A DNA stretch of 63,541 bases, the filler included, from Folioceros fuciformis (Eukaryota): NCBI GenBank assembly GCA_049999805.1. It is 8 parts of 8 records of this genome, joined end to end, with 100 filler letters (N's around TTAATTAATTAA, not from the genome) between each part and the next. Parts side by side here need not be neighbours in the genome. Positions count along the whole stretch, not along the records: positions 42,660 to 51,761 come from JBNGIO010003883.1; positions 51,862 to 60,404 come from JBNGIO010003884.1; 6 more parts are not named here. The stretch is one strand, 5' to 3'. Under the pieces are notes generated by a model. That model ran no database searches, was not told where the DNA came from, and was given only the letters and a program-made list of their open reading frames with translations. How positions within the stretch are numbered: position 1 is the stretch's first letter; every line of letters begins with the position of its first letter. Shown here in pieces: positions 47,850-60,504 of this stretch. A program made the translations under genes and the position numbers.

Positions 47850-50609
47850 TTATCTCGGTGTGCTGCTTGGGCTAGGCCTAATTGATTCCAGAATCTGCAC
47901 CACTTCCACCATAGTCCGTCTCCTGGTAGCCAGCTTCGAGGTACATGATATGCCCAACTTCAGAACTTGTAACAGCTCAGTCTCTGTATATTCACCCAAA
48001 AGAACGGGATCTACACAACTTGGGGCTCTTCCTTGCTCCAGTAGATGCCTGACGTGATCACACAGAATGACCGCGTGCTCCTCTTCCTCAGTGACAGCTC
48101 GCTGGCCTGTTACCAGCTCCAAGAGCACAACACCAAAGCTGTAAACATCACACTTCTCAGTCACTCGTATACTCTGGCATGCTAACTCAGGAGCCATGTA
48201 ACCTAGGGCTGTTTGAAACCTCCGACTAGAAACATAAACGTCCATCAAGGGCAGCATCTTGGTCAGTCCATAGTCCGAAAGGAATGGCTCAAAGTCCTCG
48301 TTGAGCAGAATATTGGTGCCCTTGACATCAAAATGGAGAACAGGAGGCTTGCAATCGTGATGCAGAAAGGCAAGAGCTCTAGCAGTACCCAGAGCGATGT
48401 TGAACCTCGTGGGCCAAGTGAGGTCACCTTTTTCGTGCAGGTGATAATCAAGACTTCCATTAGGAATGTAGTCTGACAGAAGAAGCTGCATAGCAGGTGA
48501 CCAGTAAAAACCTTGCAAAGACACCAGATTAGGATGACTCAGACTGCCCAGCCTGCCCACTTCTTGCTCGAACTCTTTCTGGTCCCTAATGCGCCCTACG
48601 GTTGACAGTTTCTTTACAGCAATGGACTTGCCTGTATCAAAGCTGGCTTTGTAAACTGTTCCTATAGAACCATGCCCGATAAGGCGATCCCTGTCAATTA
48701 GTGTTTTCGTCCCCCTTTCCCACTCTTCATAGTGGTCAGGAAGACGTTTGCCGAAGAGAACCAACTTGCCCACAATTAAGCTGGAGTCCGCAGGTGAAGC
48801 TGGTGACGACTCATACACTAGAACCTCGGTTTTGTCCTCCTGCTTTGCAGAGAAGACACAGCATAAGTTCAATACTATGACCAGGATCACACATACCGCC
48901 ACACAGGCTGCAATAGATATCGCGATAATGGCCGAAACGCTAAACCCACGCGTCCTGGAGACCGCTGGAATCGGTGAGCTGGTCGGGCTTGGAATGCATG
49001 ACACGTTGACTGGGGGGCCACATAAGCCCGAATTCCCAATAAATGAGGAGTATCCAAATGCGCTGAGTGCTCCTTGCCTCGGCACTGGTCCTGAAAGCTG
49101 GTTGTAGGATACGTTCAAGGAGATCAAGTCCACCAAGTTTGCCCATGCTTCCGGAATTCCTCCGGAAAAATTGTTGTATGATAGGTCCAGGGTACTCAGT
49201 TTATCCCAGTTCGAGATGTCGTCTGGCAGCAAGCCCCCGAGGTTGTTGGCCTCTAGTCGCAATATACGGAGTGAAGAAAATACGCTCCAAGCTTGGAGGT
49301 CCCCATACAGGGAATTGGATGAAAAATCACTGCACACACAACATTTGTCATAAAAAGAGGGGTTCCCGAAAAAACAGAAGTGCAAAGAAGGAACTGCCCA
49401 AGCGTCCTTGTTCAGCGCACCAACCACGACCGCTTACATTTGCTGTACAGGAGGGCTAAGGATACTTGACGGAACTGGTTCTTGAGTACATAGGCCAAAG
49501 TACGCAGGAATCGGACCGAGGAAGAAGTTGTTCGAGAGATCGTAGACTGAAACACCTGAGCAATTACCGTAGGGAAAAGAAGGGATGTCTCCAGAGAACC
49601 TGTTGTGAGATAGGTTAAGATAGAGCAGGCTGCCCAGCTGAAAAATAACCTCCGATTGGACATTGCCCGACAAGGCATTCGCACTGGCATCCAACAGTGT
49701 CAGTTTCTTCAATCCGGTAATGGTTGAGGGAAGGCCTCCATCTAGCTGGTTGCGACTGACATTGAGGAGAAGTAGGTTATCGGAGAAGGCGATCTCAGCT
49801 GGAATAGCGCCTGTCAGGTTATTATCTCCCAGGTATAGATACTGCAGCGCCGGCAAATGGCCGATGCTGGTTGGAATCTTATCCTGGAGGAAGTTGGAGG
49901 CCAAGTCGATGCCCTCCAGCATCACACAACTCCCTACATTGCTAGGTATAGACCCCGACAGCCTGTTATTGGATAGGGAGATGTACCTTAACTTACTACA
50001 ATTCGCACCAAGGACTCCAGCAGGTAACAGCCCAGTAAGCTCGTTGTCCGACAGGTCGAACATCCGCAGCCGGTAGAGATTGTCGAGTTCAGTGGGAATT
50101 TCTCCCGTCAGAACATTGCTGCTGAGATTCAACTTGTAGAGCGAGGTAAGGTCTCCTAGCTCCCAAGGAATCTGACCTGTAATGTTGTTGTCGGCCAAAC
50201 TCAGGGTCCGTAAGTGAACCAATGTGCTTAGCTTGCCGGAGATTTGTCCTTCCAACCCCACGCCATTGAGCACAACCTTGACGACATTCGAGGACTGGTC
50301 ACAGAAGACCCCTGACCACAGGCAGGGAGTAGCATCATTTATGTTCCAGTTACCAAGCACCCCAAAAGGATCACCCACGATCCCGTCCCTGAACGAGAGG
50401 AGCGCCATGCCTTCGTCATTAACCAGTCCGGCGACATAAACCACTTGCCGGCCCGCTGTCGCGAGGAGGAGCCAGGAAAACGCACAGGCAAGCAACGAGG
50501 ACACCAGATAGCGAGACCTGCCCCTCGAACTCACCCCAGGCGCAAGAAGCCCGCAATGCAAGCCTGCGGACCTGCGCTGGCAACACGGCTGAAACAATGC
50601 CGGGTCCAT
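47850..50609 (-). CDS. LRR receptor-like kinase, LRR-VII type (At1g12460/IRK/PXC2-like). Exons 50609-49438 and 49329-47850; 883 aa
   Basis: LRRNT (DPFGVLGNW...PCLWSGVFC), plant LxxLxLxxNxLxGxIP repeats, GNSGLCG cap, TM, VGKLVLF juxtamembrane motif, kinase IGHGSIGTVYKA, AVKK, HFDVKGTNILL, DYG and GYMAPE. The intron keeps the frame (2652 nt). Confidence 0.94.
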
Positions 50610-52514
50610 GCTGCAGATCACGGGTCATCCGACACCACAGGTTTAAGATCTAACATTTCCCGTGGAGGCTCCAGGATGACTACGTGAAATTGTGAAGCAG
50701 GCACCCGCCTCCAGGCTCCTCCACACCTGCTACCGCAACATCCGTCAGACAGATGCAGACAAAAACCCGCTGCAGCAAGAGGAGGAGGACAGAATCCATG
50801 CGAAATGACTCTGAAATTGGAAGGATGGGCAGATCATGCAACCACTTTCCTACCTCGAAAGGATGCCACTGTCAGATCTTATGCAGCACCACATAACTGA
50901 GCCACTACTGAACCTCGCACTTCAAATTCATAGCACACTCCGAAGCGCAGGAACACGACAACAGAAGATTGCGACACAGCGAAATGTGCGAGCAGAGACC
51001 GATTGCGAGAAAATTGCAAGGGATTCCTGCGCAGCCCCCTTTCTCGCAACCGCGAGGACTGTATGAGACGCGCAACGAGAGAGAATGGTCAGTAGTCCCG
51101 TGGTCGTGTGCGGACAGACCGGCTACTCTTCCGGTGGTGGGTCCAACGGCCACGCTCTTCATCATGCTCACCAGATTCCACAAAATACACACATACATAA
51201 ATCTGTCCATGTAATACGCATTCTCTCTAAATACGTACAGTCAGTACATGCAGAGCATAGAAAGACGAGCTCTTCAAATCATCGTGTAATATATACGTGT
51301 AAAATTGATGTCACGCGTCAACCGTTCCCGCTTCGGTACTCGAGACCTCTTAACTTCTTACCTGTAAAGTATGAGGTGATCGTTACATCTGTATGTACCA
51401 TCAAAAAGTATAGTATGCTTTCCAGTCTCCAGAAACAGCTCCAAAATTTATATTATTATTATTATTATGCAAAAAAATACGTAAATACTGATTTCATGTT
51501 TTTCTGTTTTCAAATATCTATCCATCCCATAGCTCATAAGGCAAGAGACCCATCAAACCCAATGGGAAGGGATAACCATCCATCAAAAGGGTTTAAAGCA
51601 AGGAAGAATCAACCATTGTCATCATGTGTTTCAAAACTATCAAACATTTGCATTAAGAATCTAGTTCCCACACAAAGAAGGTGGTGGAACTAGTTATCTC
51701 GAGAAGTCTGTGACAAAATACTTTCTAATGTTCCAAACTCCCAAACCATGCCCATAACAAANNNNNNNNNNNNNNNNNNNNNNNNNNNNNNNNNNNNNNN
51801 NNNNNTTAATTAATTAANNNNNNNNNNNNNNNNNNNNNNNNNNNNNNNNNNNNNNNNNNNNAGTTCCCCCCTATCCTTCAAACTCCGCACAATAATAGGT
51901 CAATTTCGTGTTAGCTCCCACCACCTTCGGATTGAGACCAACTGTTGGCTCAAGCCTCCCCCTCCCCAAGACGATAGGATCTGCAAGCTTTGCTCCTTGG
52001 ATCCTGAATGTAAATCACACTTCCTCTTTTATTGTCCTGCCTATGCCGATATTCGGTCTCTTCACTCTCTTCTTTTTTAGTGTGCCGGATTCTCGCCGCG
52101 CAGATTTTTTTCTTTCCACATTCCTAGGCTCTATGGACTATGTCTCTTTGAGCTTCTGGATCTACGGTAGTCCTTGTTGGACTCCTCGTAGTCTTCGCCT
52201 TCGTTTTTGTTTCCCTCGTACAGGTACTGCTCCTCTAGTTCAGATGTACGTAAGTGTACTCGGTTTTCAAACCTCTCTTACGCTGTACTATCTTTGTCCC
52301 ATGATGGTTCTTCCATCCTTAGTGGACATAAATAAAGTTGTTATTGTTGTTGTTATACTTGTGATAACATCCGTGATATTCTTGGTTTGGCAATGTTGAT
52401 ATTCTTGGTTTACCTATGTCCTCTTTGGTGGGGTGGGCCTCAAAAGAGGGGCACCAAAGTCGCTTGTTTGGTGCCCGTCAAAGAGGTTCACACCATACAC
52501 TCTTTCTCCTACTC

Positions 52515-52740
52515 TGTGTTTTCTTTGTCCTGGTGTGTGTTTTTTTTGTCCTAGTGTGTGTTTCCTTTGTCCTGGTGTGTGTGTTTTTTTGTCCTAGTGT
52601 GTGTTTCCTTTGTCCTCGTGTGTGTGTTTTTTTGTCCTGGTCTGTGTTTTCTTTGTCCTGGTGTGTGTTTTCTTTGTCCTGGTGTGTGTTTTTTTTGTCC
52701 TAGTGTGTGTTTTCTTTGTCCTGGTGTGTGTTTTCTTTGC
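52515..52740 (+). repeat. ~22-bp T/G-rich minisatellite
   Basis: tgtgtgttttctttgtcctgg-like units, about 10 copies. Confidence 0.93.
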
Positions 52741-53125
52741 TGCGCTCCAATTGTGCATGAGTCACAATCTTATCGCCTTATCAAGGTGCATCATTAGCCC
52801 TAATGCGCTCCAATTGTGCATGAGTCACAATCTTATCGCCTTATCAAGGTGCATCATTAGCCCTAATGCGCTCCAATTGTGCATGAGTCACAATCTTATC
52901 GCCTTATCAAGGTGCATCATTAGCCCTAATGCGCTCCAATTGTGCATGAGTCATAATCTTGTCGTCTTATCAAGGCGCATCATTAGCCCTAATGCGCTCC
53001 AGTTCGAATGAGTCACAATCTTTTCGCCTTATCAAGGCGCATCATTAGCCCTAATGTGCTCCAGTTGCGCATGCATGAGTCACAATCTTGTCGCGTTATA
53101 AGGTGCATCATGAGCCCTAATGCCG
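52741..53125 (+). repeat. 63-bp tandem repeat, about 6 units, degenerating toward the 3' end
   Basis: tgcgctccaattgtgcatgagtcacaatcttatcgccttatcaaggtgcatcattagccctaa starts at 52741, 52804, 52867 and onward. Confidence 0.96.
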
Positions 53126-53809
53126 TTTGATATAGGCATACCACTTATTTATTTATGGACCGATATGTACATAAGGTTTTTGACACGATTTCTTGCTCTC
53201 TGATGGCACACCCATTGTTGCAGGTTATGTGGAAGCATGGCCACCCTGGACTTCGTGCTATCATTGATCAGACCGGGTGCTCACACCCAGTCCAATCGTG
53301 ATGTATTCCACATTATTATTGCCCACCCCCCACCACAACTCGTTCTGCATGTTGGTCTTATCCTACAAACGAGTGTGGAGATTATGTGGACCATAGCAAA
53401 CTGCCCTCACCATGGAGGAATCGACTCGGCTATCAACGACCTATTTGTGGGTGGCGAGCCTGTGGGTCCTGAAGCTGCACCAGCTGCCTTGGATCCCGAA
53501 TATGCGAAAGATTCACGCACCTGCTATTCGAAAGGATGGCGCAGGCGAAACTGCACTGAAAATCTGAGTGGAGGGATTCCGACGAGCGTACTTCGGAGGA
53601 CGTGCAACAGGGGCCGGCAAATGCAGCGGTAACGGGTGGATGGAACGACGAAAGGTGTGAAAGCACAGTCTGATAGGGCTGCCATGAATCGGCACATCCT
53701 CGGTTCCCATCAGCTACGGTTCAAGGCTTCATGGGGCAAGAAAGCGGGATTCATGTTCTGCTGGTCAAGACCCATAAGACTGCGAGAAGACTCGGAATCG
53801 GGGAAGGCA

Positions 53810-54532
53810 TCAAGAAGAAAGGAGAACAAATGTGAGGCAGAATGTGATGAACCAGGGTGGCATGATCGTCGTGTCGGCACGACCCATCACGTAGATGCCG
53901 GCGATGTTGTGAATGAGGTCCTTGACGTTGCTCAAGCTGCAGTTGTTGTAGGGGAATGAGGCAGCGTTATCAGTTACTTGCCCGATGCAGACTGTAAGTT
54001 GGCGGGTGCACTGAACTGCGAGCAGGTGCTCTGACAACCCACCATGGATGCATGACAGTGTCAGCAAGAAATAGAAGAAGAGGTGTGTGCCATTGGGTAC
54101 AGATTCCACTTACCGTAGTGAGGACCCACACAGATGTCGTGTTGCTGGCAGCACGCATCCACTGCATTGCATGCCGCTTCCCCAGTGCATCCGGTGTGCC
54201 CTGGTCCGCAGTATTTCCCATACCGGAGGTCAAATGGGTCTGTCACAGGTAACACGCTTTGTGAAGTAGTTTCCTTTTGACATTCAAGGACTTGGGTGAA
54301 CACCATGCACTTGTGACACCCTTACCGTGACAGTGAGCTGACTCGCAGAATGACGTGCAGGACTGCAAGCAATCAAAAACAGCGGGGAGCATTAGATTCA
54401 ATGGTCATTCCACTTAGTGGGCCTCTGATTGCAGCTCTGCCAGCTTACTGAAGGATGGTTGTCGGTCAGCAGAGCCATTGAGTTTGGCAGCATAATTGCA
54501 AGCAGGAGGGAACGCAAGGCAAGAGCACCCAT
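53810..54532 (-). CDS. Secretory phospholipase A2 (plant group XI). Exons 54532-54449, 54362-54326, 54239-54114 and 54030-53810; 155 aa
   Basis: Signal peptide MGALALRSLLLAIMLPNSMA, CTSFCESAHC, Ca2+ loop LRYGKYCGPGHTGC, catalytic DACCQQHDIC and 12 core Cys. Canonical junctions give 468 nt. Confidence 0.9.
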
Positions 54533-55451
54533 ACTATCCTCACTGACGAGATTTGATGTGCTGACTGTCGAGAACAGAAGAAACTCAACCTATCGCTCGT
54601 ACCTGTTCAGACCAAGAATTGGCTTGTCTTCTCTGCAGAAATGGTCTCTAAGCTCACGAGGCAAGCATCAGGGACCCAAGCAATCAACAAGTGGCAGTGA
54701 AGCTGGACGTGGCATATCCAGTTGTCATGTTGTCATCCCTGTTACTTGCACACGAGGTCCAGAGTTTGCATCCTCGGTTAGGAAGTGGGTAAATGCGTGT
54801 CTCTACAGTCCACACCTGCGCAATCCTTCAAACGGAAGTTTGTACAGCAAAGATTTTCTGGCTCTACTCAAAATGGAAACATTGAAGGCTAAACATCCTC
54901 AGGCGATCAAACCCTGGACGATTTTGGCAGGAAAGGCAGTGGTATTTCTCGTCAGCGCGTACAACTGACACATTCCGAACATTTCCTCTCAAGGTGTCTA
55001 AGAAGTCAAATTTCGCTCTTGCCCGGAAAGCTGTGATTCCTTGCCTGATTCCAGGCACTTGTGAAGAGGTCAATTGGAACGTGTGTTTTGTGGACAAAAT
55101 AAATGTTGGATTCAAGTATTTGGATGAGAACCAAAGGGCCTAATCTTCGGACAAGATGAGTATCGAGAGACAGAGCATAGGGTTAAAATCAGAAGGGGTT
55201 CGATAAGCTTCTAATTCTAAAATTAGGTGGGGTTATAAGCTTCTAGATTGTATATGGAGAGGAGCTTAGCCTTCCAAAAACAAGGACAGGGCGAAATCAC
55301 AGTGGGCTTCACCCATCGAGCTGCTTGTGTCTACTGCTATTCCTTGTATGATCCACTGCAAGTCCAGTCCAACATCTCCAACTGCCCCTAGAGCTGTCTC
55401 TGTCCTTAACAGCTGTAGGTGACAGCTCTATCCTTCACAGCAGTGGGTGTT

Positions 55452-55705
55452 CTCGAGTTCAGTCCAGAAGTGGTCTCGAGTTCAGTCCCGAAGTGGTCTC
55501 GAGTTCAGTCCCGAAGTGGTCTCGAGTTCAGTTCAGTCCAGAAGTGGTCTCGAGTTCAGTCCAGAAGTGGTCTCGAGTTCAGTCCAAAAGTGGTCTCGAC
55601 CAGAAGTATCTTGATGATACTTTGTGAGAAGTGAAGTATCTTGATGATANNNNNNNNNNATGATACTTTGTGAGAAGTGAAGTATCTTGATGATACTTTG
55701 TGAGA
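55452..55705 (+). repeat. 23-bp minisatellite followed by a ~30-bp repeat
   Basis: ctcgagttcagtccagaagtggt about 6 times, then gaagtatcttgatgatactttgtgagaagt units. Confidence 0.92.
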
Positions 55706-55779
55706 ATTGGAGACTTATTACAGACTCTTCTGATGTTTGTGTTAAGATGGACGCTTTTGAGTCGTCTTAGGAAAAGGTG

Positions 55780-56737
55780 AGAGTTAATATCACTTACAAA
55801 GAGGCAGGTTATGCCTTGGTTGTGTTCTCTCATCGTGTGGATGTCTTGGAAGGAGGCTCGGGGGTCTAGAACCTTCACCATCTTGTCTCCAACCGCCACA
55901 ACAAGCAGATCCATCTGCTTCGTACAAAGAAGCTAAGAATCCTACCCAGGAGCTGTCGAATACCTTGTTCTTGCCACACCATACCTCACAGGGTTGGCAG
56001 GTTGCCATTCCTTAGGGAAGGGAAGCATCGCGGTTGAAGTGAGGAAACTCACCTTGATTTGTCAACACATGCAGGGTTTGCTCGGAAATCCCAACACTTG
56101 AGAAACCCGTCTTGGCCCCAGTAAGCAAAGAGATCCCCTGTGCCTGCCTCTCCTCCGTCCAGGTCTGGTCCTCCCACAATACATTCGAGGGCCGTGATCT
56201 GCCCGGCATGAGCATTTTTACTGTGCATTAACATCCTGCCTTCTTCCACGTCCCACGTTATGAGCTCTCCAACCCTAGACCCACTAACAATCCACTCCTG
56301 CTTGGCGCTCAAGATGATGGACAAGACAACCCAACATGACCCATCAGGGTCCCAAGGCAAGAAGCAGTCCTACTCCCACGACGGAGATCCCGCACTTTCA
56401 GTGTCTTCTCGTAGCTGGAACTGATTCCGAGAGTGTTATCCGCATTGGTTGTACAGGCGGACACGGACTTGCTGTGCCCAACCAGGTTGCTGCAGCGCAC
56501 CACGTTCTTCTCCCACAGGCAGCGCTTGCTGCCCATTCCCCCACTGAGAACGCCGTCATCCATGAACTTCACACGGGTGACCCCCTCTGTATCCCCCCGT
56601 TGATTCCCATACAAGGCCCTCACAAATTTTCTGTTCTCCACGTCAATGATGTACACCTCACGATCTGATGACTCCACTGCTATCTCTGCCCCAAGAGCAC
56701 TGATGCACGTGGACGGGCGGTCTGACAGCCTCACCAA
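55780..56737 (-). pseudogene. Intronless, frameshifted WD40-repeat pseudogene
   Basis: Blades with GH/AH...WD-like motifs (LVGHSKSVS..EKTLKVRD, AHAGQITAL..DGFLKCWD, VSGSRVGELITWD) are spread over several frames. Confidence 0.75.
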
Positions 56738-57289
56738 AGTCCCTGCAGGATCAGGCGATCCCCTCCTAAGGGCCTAGCACGATATGTGGCCGTCATGGCC
56801 CAGAAGTGTACAGGGTCCGAACGAGAGGCCGTTGTGATATTGCATGACCTAAGCGAGATGGATGGCTGGGAGACCAGCCCTGCTGCCGTAGATGTTACAT
56901 CCGATTTGTTGCAAATGGAAATGGGTGGCGGACTTCCAAGAATTCTAGTGTATAGATTCTGAAAGTGCAGGGAACATGTGGTGAGTGAGAGCGATGCCAT
57001 TCAACACCGTCCCGGTGGTGGCACGACAAAAAGGTTTGCAGGCAACAAAGGCGGAGACAAACACTTAAAAATGATCTGAATCACTCCGTGTGCTCCTTAA
57101 TCTTTGTGGAGCCCAAAGCATGGATGACTTCAGGTCAATTCAACTTGGACCCGTTCGTTCTGGTTGGTCAATGATATGGACTGAGTGTAACGTCATTCCT
57201 GGCATGCACAGTGCTGTGATCTGCAGTGTCGGAGGGAGCGGTGGAAGGCAAGCGTTTCTGCGGTAGATCTCAAGGTGCAATTCATGCAG

Positions 57290-58150
57290 TTTCCTTGGCG
57301 GACGACCTGGGAGTTAACTTTCTCACCTCTCCCTGGCGGATGGGTTTCAGATGGTTTGAGAGCGGAATCCCAGTGCTTCAGCCACCTGTTCAAGACGAAT
57401 AGGATGTCAATTTCATGCAGAGACGGAGACTAGTCGTGTAGGATACACTCGGTGCCAATGTTACCTGCTTTCCTGTTTTAGGAGATTCTCTACTGAAACC
57501 GTAATGCATCTGGACAACCTGCAACAGAATCTCGCCGTCAAAGCTTGTTGCTCACCTCCTTTACATTTGATGGCTAAAAGACCACCTACCAGCTTCTCTC
57601 TACCTTGCAGGTTCTCCAAAGCCCTAGCAATTTCCAGCTTCATGATGTTCTGCAAAACCACTCGGAGGGGTTACCTAGATTTCGGGCACTTTACACCCGA
57701 AGCGTATAGGAAGTTAGAGAACCTCAGTTGTAGAACTGACAAACAAGGAACCATCACAACAAGATGGATGGCAGACGTTCCCAACCCAGGATTCCTAGTT
57801 TGCAGGAAACGCATTAATGGACTTGACAGATTTGATTACATATTATGACTATCTCCTGGATCTACCCATTCCCAACACAAGTGCAAGTCATAAAAATCTT
57901 GAAGCAAAATCTGTAGAGCACACTAAATTCACAAAAGGTAGGAGGGCTCACCCGTCGCGTCTGAACTTCTAGACAATTCTGAGAGCTCTGCAAGGGTAGG
58001 ATGTTTGCGATGGTTGTTGAGAAATTTCTGCAATGAAAAAGGTACTCAGAATGACGGGATATGCAGGACTGGTCAAACAAACCACACCTACTTCATTATC
58101 CCTGCTGGACACACTTCTCTCAGTAGACACAAGGATCCTTCAGAACACCT
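57290..58150 (-). pseudogene. Decayed intron-containing sigma70-like (plastid sigma factor-like) gene, regions 3-4
   Basis: Manually spliced exons give KFLNNHRKHPTLAELSELS (region 3), then VLQNIMKLEIARALENLQGREKL|VVQMHYGFSRESPKTGKQ|VAEALGFRSQTI (region 4), with GT-AG borders. Stops and frameshifts are present. Confidence 0.55.
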
Positions 58151-58494
58151 ACATCTTGCCGCAATAGGAGGACCGAAGCAGTGTAGCAACGGCTGATTTT
58201 AACTTCACAAGTGTGAACACTTGACACCAGTTCCGATCATTTCTCCAGTCTTCTCTAGAGGATGGCTAGCTTACCAGCTTCATATTGATCTATCCCACAT
58301 CCCCTAGTCAGCCGGGGAGTGCTGAGTTAAGCTAAACCCTCTAAAGTTTTTCTTTAATGTCTTTCCCCCACAAACTTCAACTCTGACATCTAAACAAGTT
58401 GACTCTAATAACCTAGATATTCAAAAATTCCTGGGATTAACTATATCCCTTATATTTACTCTAGCTTCTTTCTCTTCAAGCTTTTGAATGGAGA

Positions 58495-58650
58495 CAAACT
58501 TCATATTAATAAAAGATATTATACTTAGTATAACTCAAGGTGGGAGACAAACCCCATGTTAATAAAAGATATTATACTTGGTATAATCAAGGTGGGAGAC
58601 TAACCCCATATTAATAAAAGATATTATACTTGGTATAACCCAAGGTAGCT
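58495..58650 (+). repeat. ~53-bp AT-rich tandem repeat, about 3 units
   Basis: atattaataaaagatattatacttggtataa...aaggtgggagac recurs. Confidence 0.88.
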
Positions 58651-58723
58651 AGTATTTTGTGATATTATCATAAAGCTACACCTTTCGGTAAACTATATAC
58701 CAACAATCTCCAACCTCAGCCTG

Positions 58724-59769
58724 TCATGTGTCCAAGAGTCTTGTAATGGTAGACGGCAATGATGCCATGGGAAACTCCATCTTTCTTCCACCTTCAGGAT
58801 GATACATGATATTCAAATCCCAATATCCCATATCGCGCATTTCTTCTCGAGGCACTTCATTGCGGATGCCAACGTCTTGTTGTTGCATTTCTCTTACATC
58901 TGTAAGATGATACTTGATATTTAAATCCCAATCTCGTGGCACTTCATTGCGGATGCCAACGTCATCTCTTCTCACGCCTTGTCGTTGCATTTCTCTTACA
59001 TCTGTAGGACAATACTCGATATTTAAATCCCAATCTCTCAAATCTTCTTTTTGAATTACCTCGTGCCATCTTTCTTCGTGAAACATTGTACGAGCTTCAT
59101 CTGTTGTCACTTGGTCTTGGTGCACATCCCCATCACTCATATTGTGCATTCCTTCTTGAGGCACTTCATTGGGGACATAAATGCCATCTCGCATTTCTTC
59201 TCTAGGCGTTTCACTAGGAATACAAATACCATCTGCTTTCTCCTCTTGCTCGTGTAACTCATGGGCAAATGGGACTTGAATTCCTTCTAAATGCAACTGT
59301 TGTAACTTCTCCACTTCCAACTCCACAATTTGATTTCCTTGGGTGTGTGTCTGTTGATCATCATCTGCAAGACAACCAAGCAATGTCACAAACTTGTACC
59401 ATGATGGAAGTATGGAATCTCTTTGTACTTCAACTATGATATTAGTTCTTAGTTGTTGGCACCTATAAATCAAATCAAATGCTTACCTTCACCATTCTTG
59501 CTAGGAAAGCTTTCAAGCGCCACTGACAAGAGGCTCATAAATCTACTCCATTGTGGATCATGTTCAATCTGGTTGTACAAAAGCCCAGATTGTCCATGAT
59601 TCTTAGCAGCTGGATCTTTTGCAATTGCTTCTCGAGGTGGTATATCTTGTTGTATGTGATCCGCAACACTTGATCCTCTCTTCACTTTTTCCTGAGAATC
59701 ACCAAATCCATCATCTTGCTGACCTTGAGTCGTTTTCGATCTTTTCCGGGTCCTCTTAGGTTTCGTCAT
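58724..59769 (-). CDS. Orphan 2-exon protein (59769-59487 and 59364-58724; 307 aa) with a basic N-terminus and three WDLNI repeats
   Basis: Donor G|GTAAGC and acceptor TTGCAG|AT join two ORFs in frame (924 nt). N-terminal KPKRTRKRSK is NLS-like. Confidence 0.55.
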
Positions 59770-60504
59770 AGCCTCCTCTTCTTGTGCTGTTGCACTTTAC
59801 AACCAAGTTAATACACATTTCTTCATATTCTAATAATATACTTATAAATGATCATCTTTCTACATTTCTTATCTTCTATTCCTATTGTCGCAAATAATCG
59901 TAGCTCTAAGGAAAAGTATTCAAAACTTATACCTCTATACATGTTAGAATCCAAAGTTCTACTATATGATTGTAGAGACATCTGTAAAACACATGCCTTT
60001 TTTTGGCGCATGTAAACAAAGGATTATCAACTCACATAATCATTCAAGCAAATCCTACACTAACTTGTACCTGAAAATCCAATTGTCTTCAAACTTGGCT
60101 TGGTACAGCTATCATGAAGATAATCTAAGCACCAACAATACAAAAGGTCAATTAGAAGTCTTAAACCATGAGTTAGTAAAAAATTACAATATATTTCAAA
60201 ATAACTACTAAAACTTGTAACAAACTAACTACTCAAACTAATTAATTAACATTATAAGTAAATAACAACAAAAAAATAAGTAATATGCAAGAAAAAGGAC
60301 TTTCATATAAAAGCAAGAAAAATCGATAACTACCTACACAAGATAATCACTAGAATCGATGCTACTTGCCAATGAGATTTCCTTTCAACACCGCTACATA
60401 TATANNNNNNNNNNNNNNNNNNNNNNNNNNNNNNNNNNNNNNNNNNNNTTAATTAATTAANNNNNNNNNNNNNNNNNNNNNNNNNNNNNNNNNNNNNNNN
60501 NNNN

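Noticed and set aside
52416-53011. Cys/Val/Phe-rich 'membrane protein' ORFs
   Set aside because: They are translations of the 22-bp and 63-bp tandem repeats.
53220-53700. Possible exon after a CAG acceptor on the + strand, with Cys-rich translations
   Set aside because: There are stops in the plausible frames and no recognisable family. It cannot be supported without a search.
6432-54532. Possible metabolic or defence cluster (ABCB, 2OG dioxygenase, sPLA2, RLKs)
   Set aside because: The genes sit on different linker-separated scaffold pieces, and there is no scaffold-forming biosynthetic enzyme.
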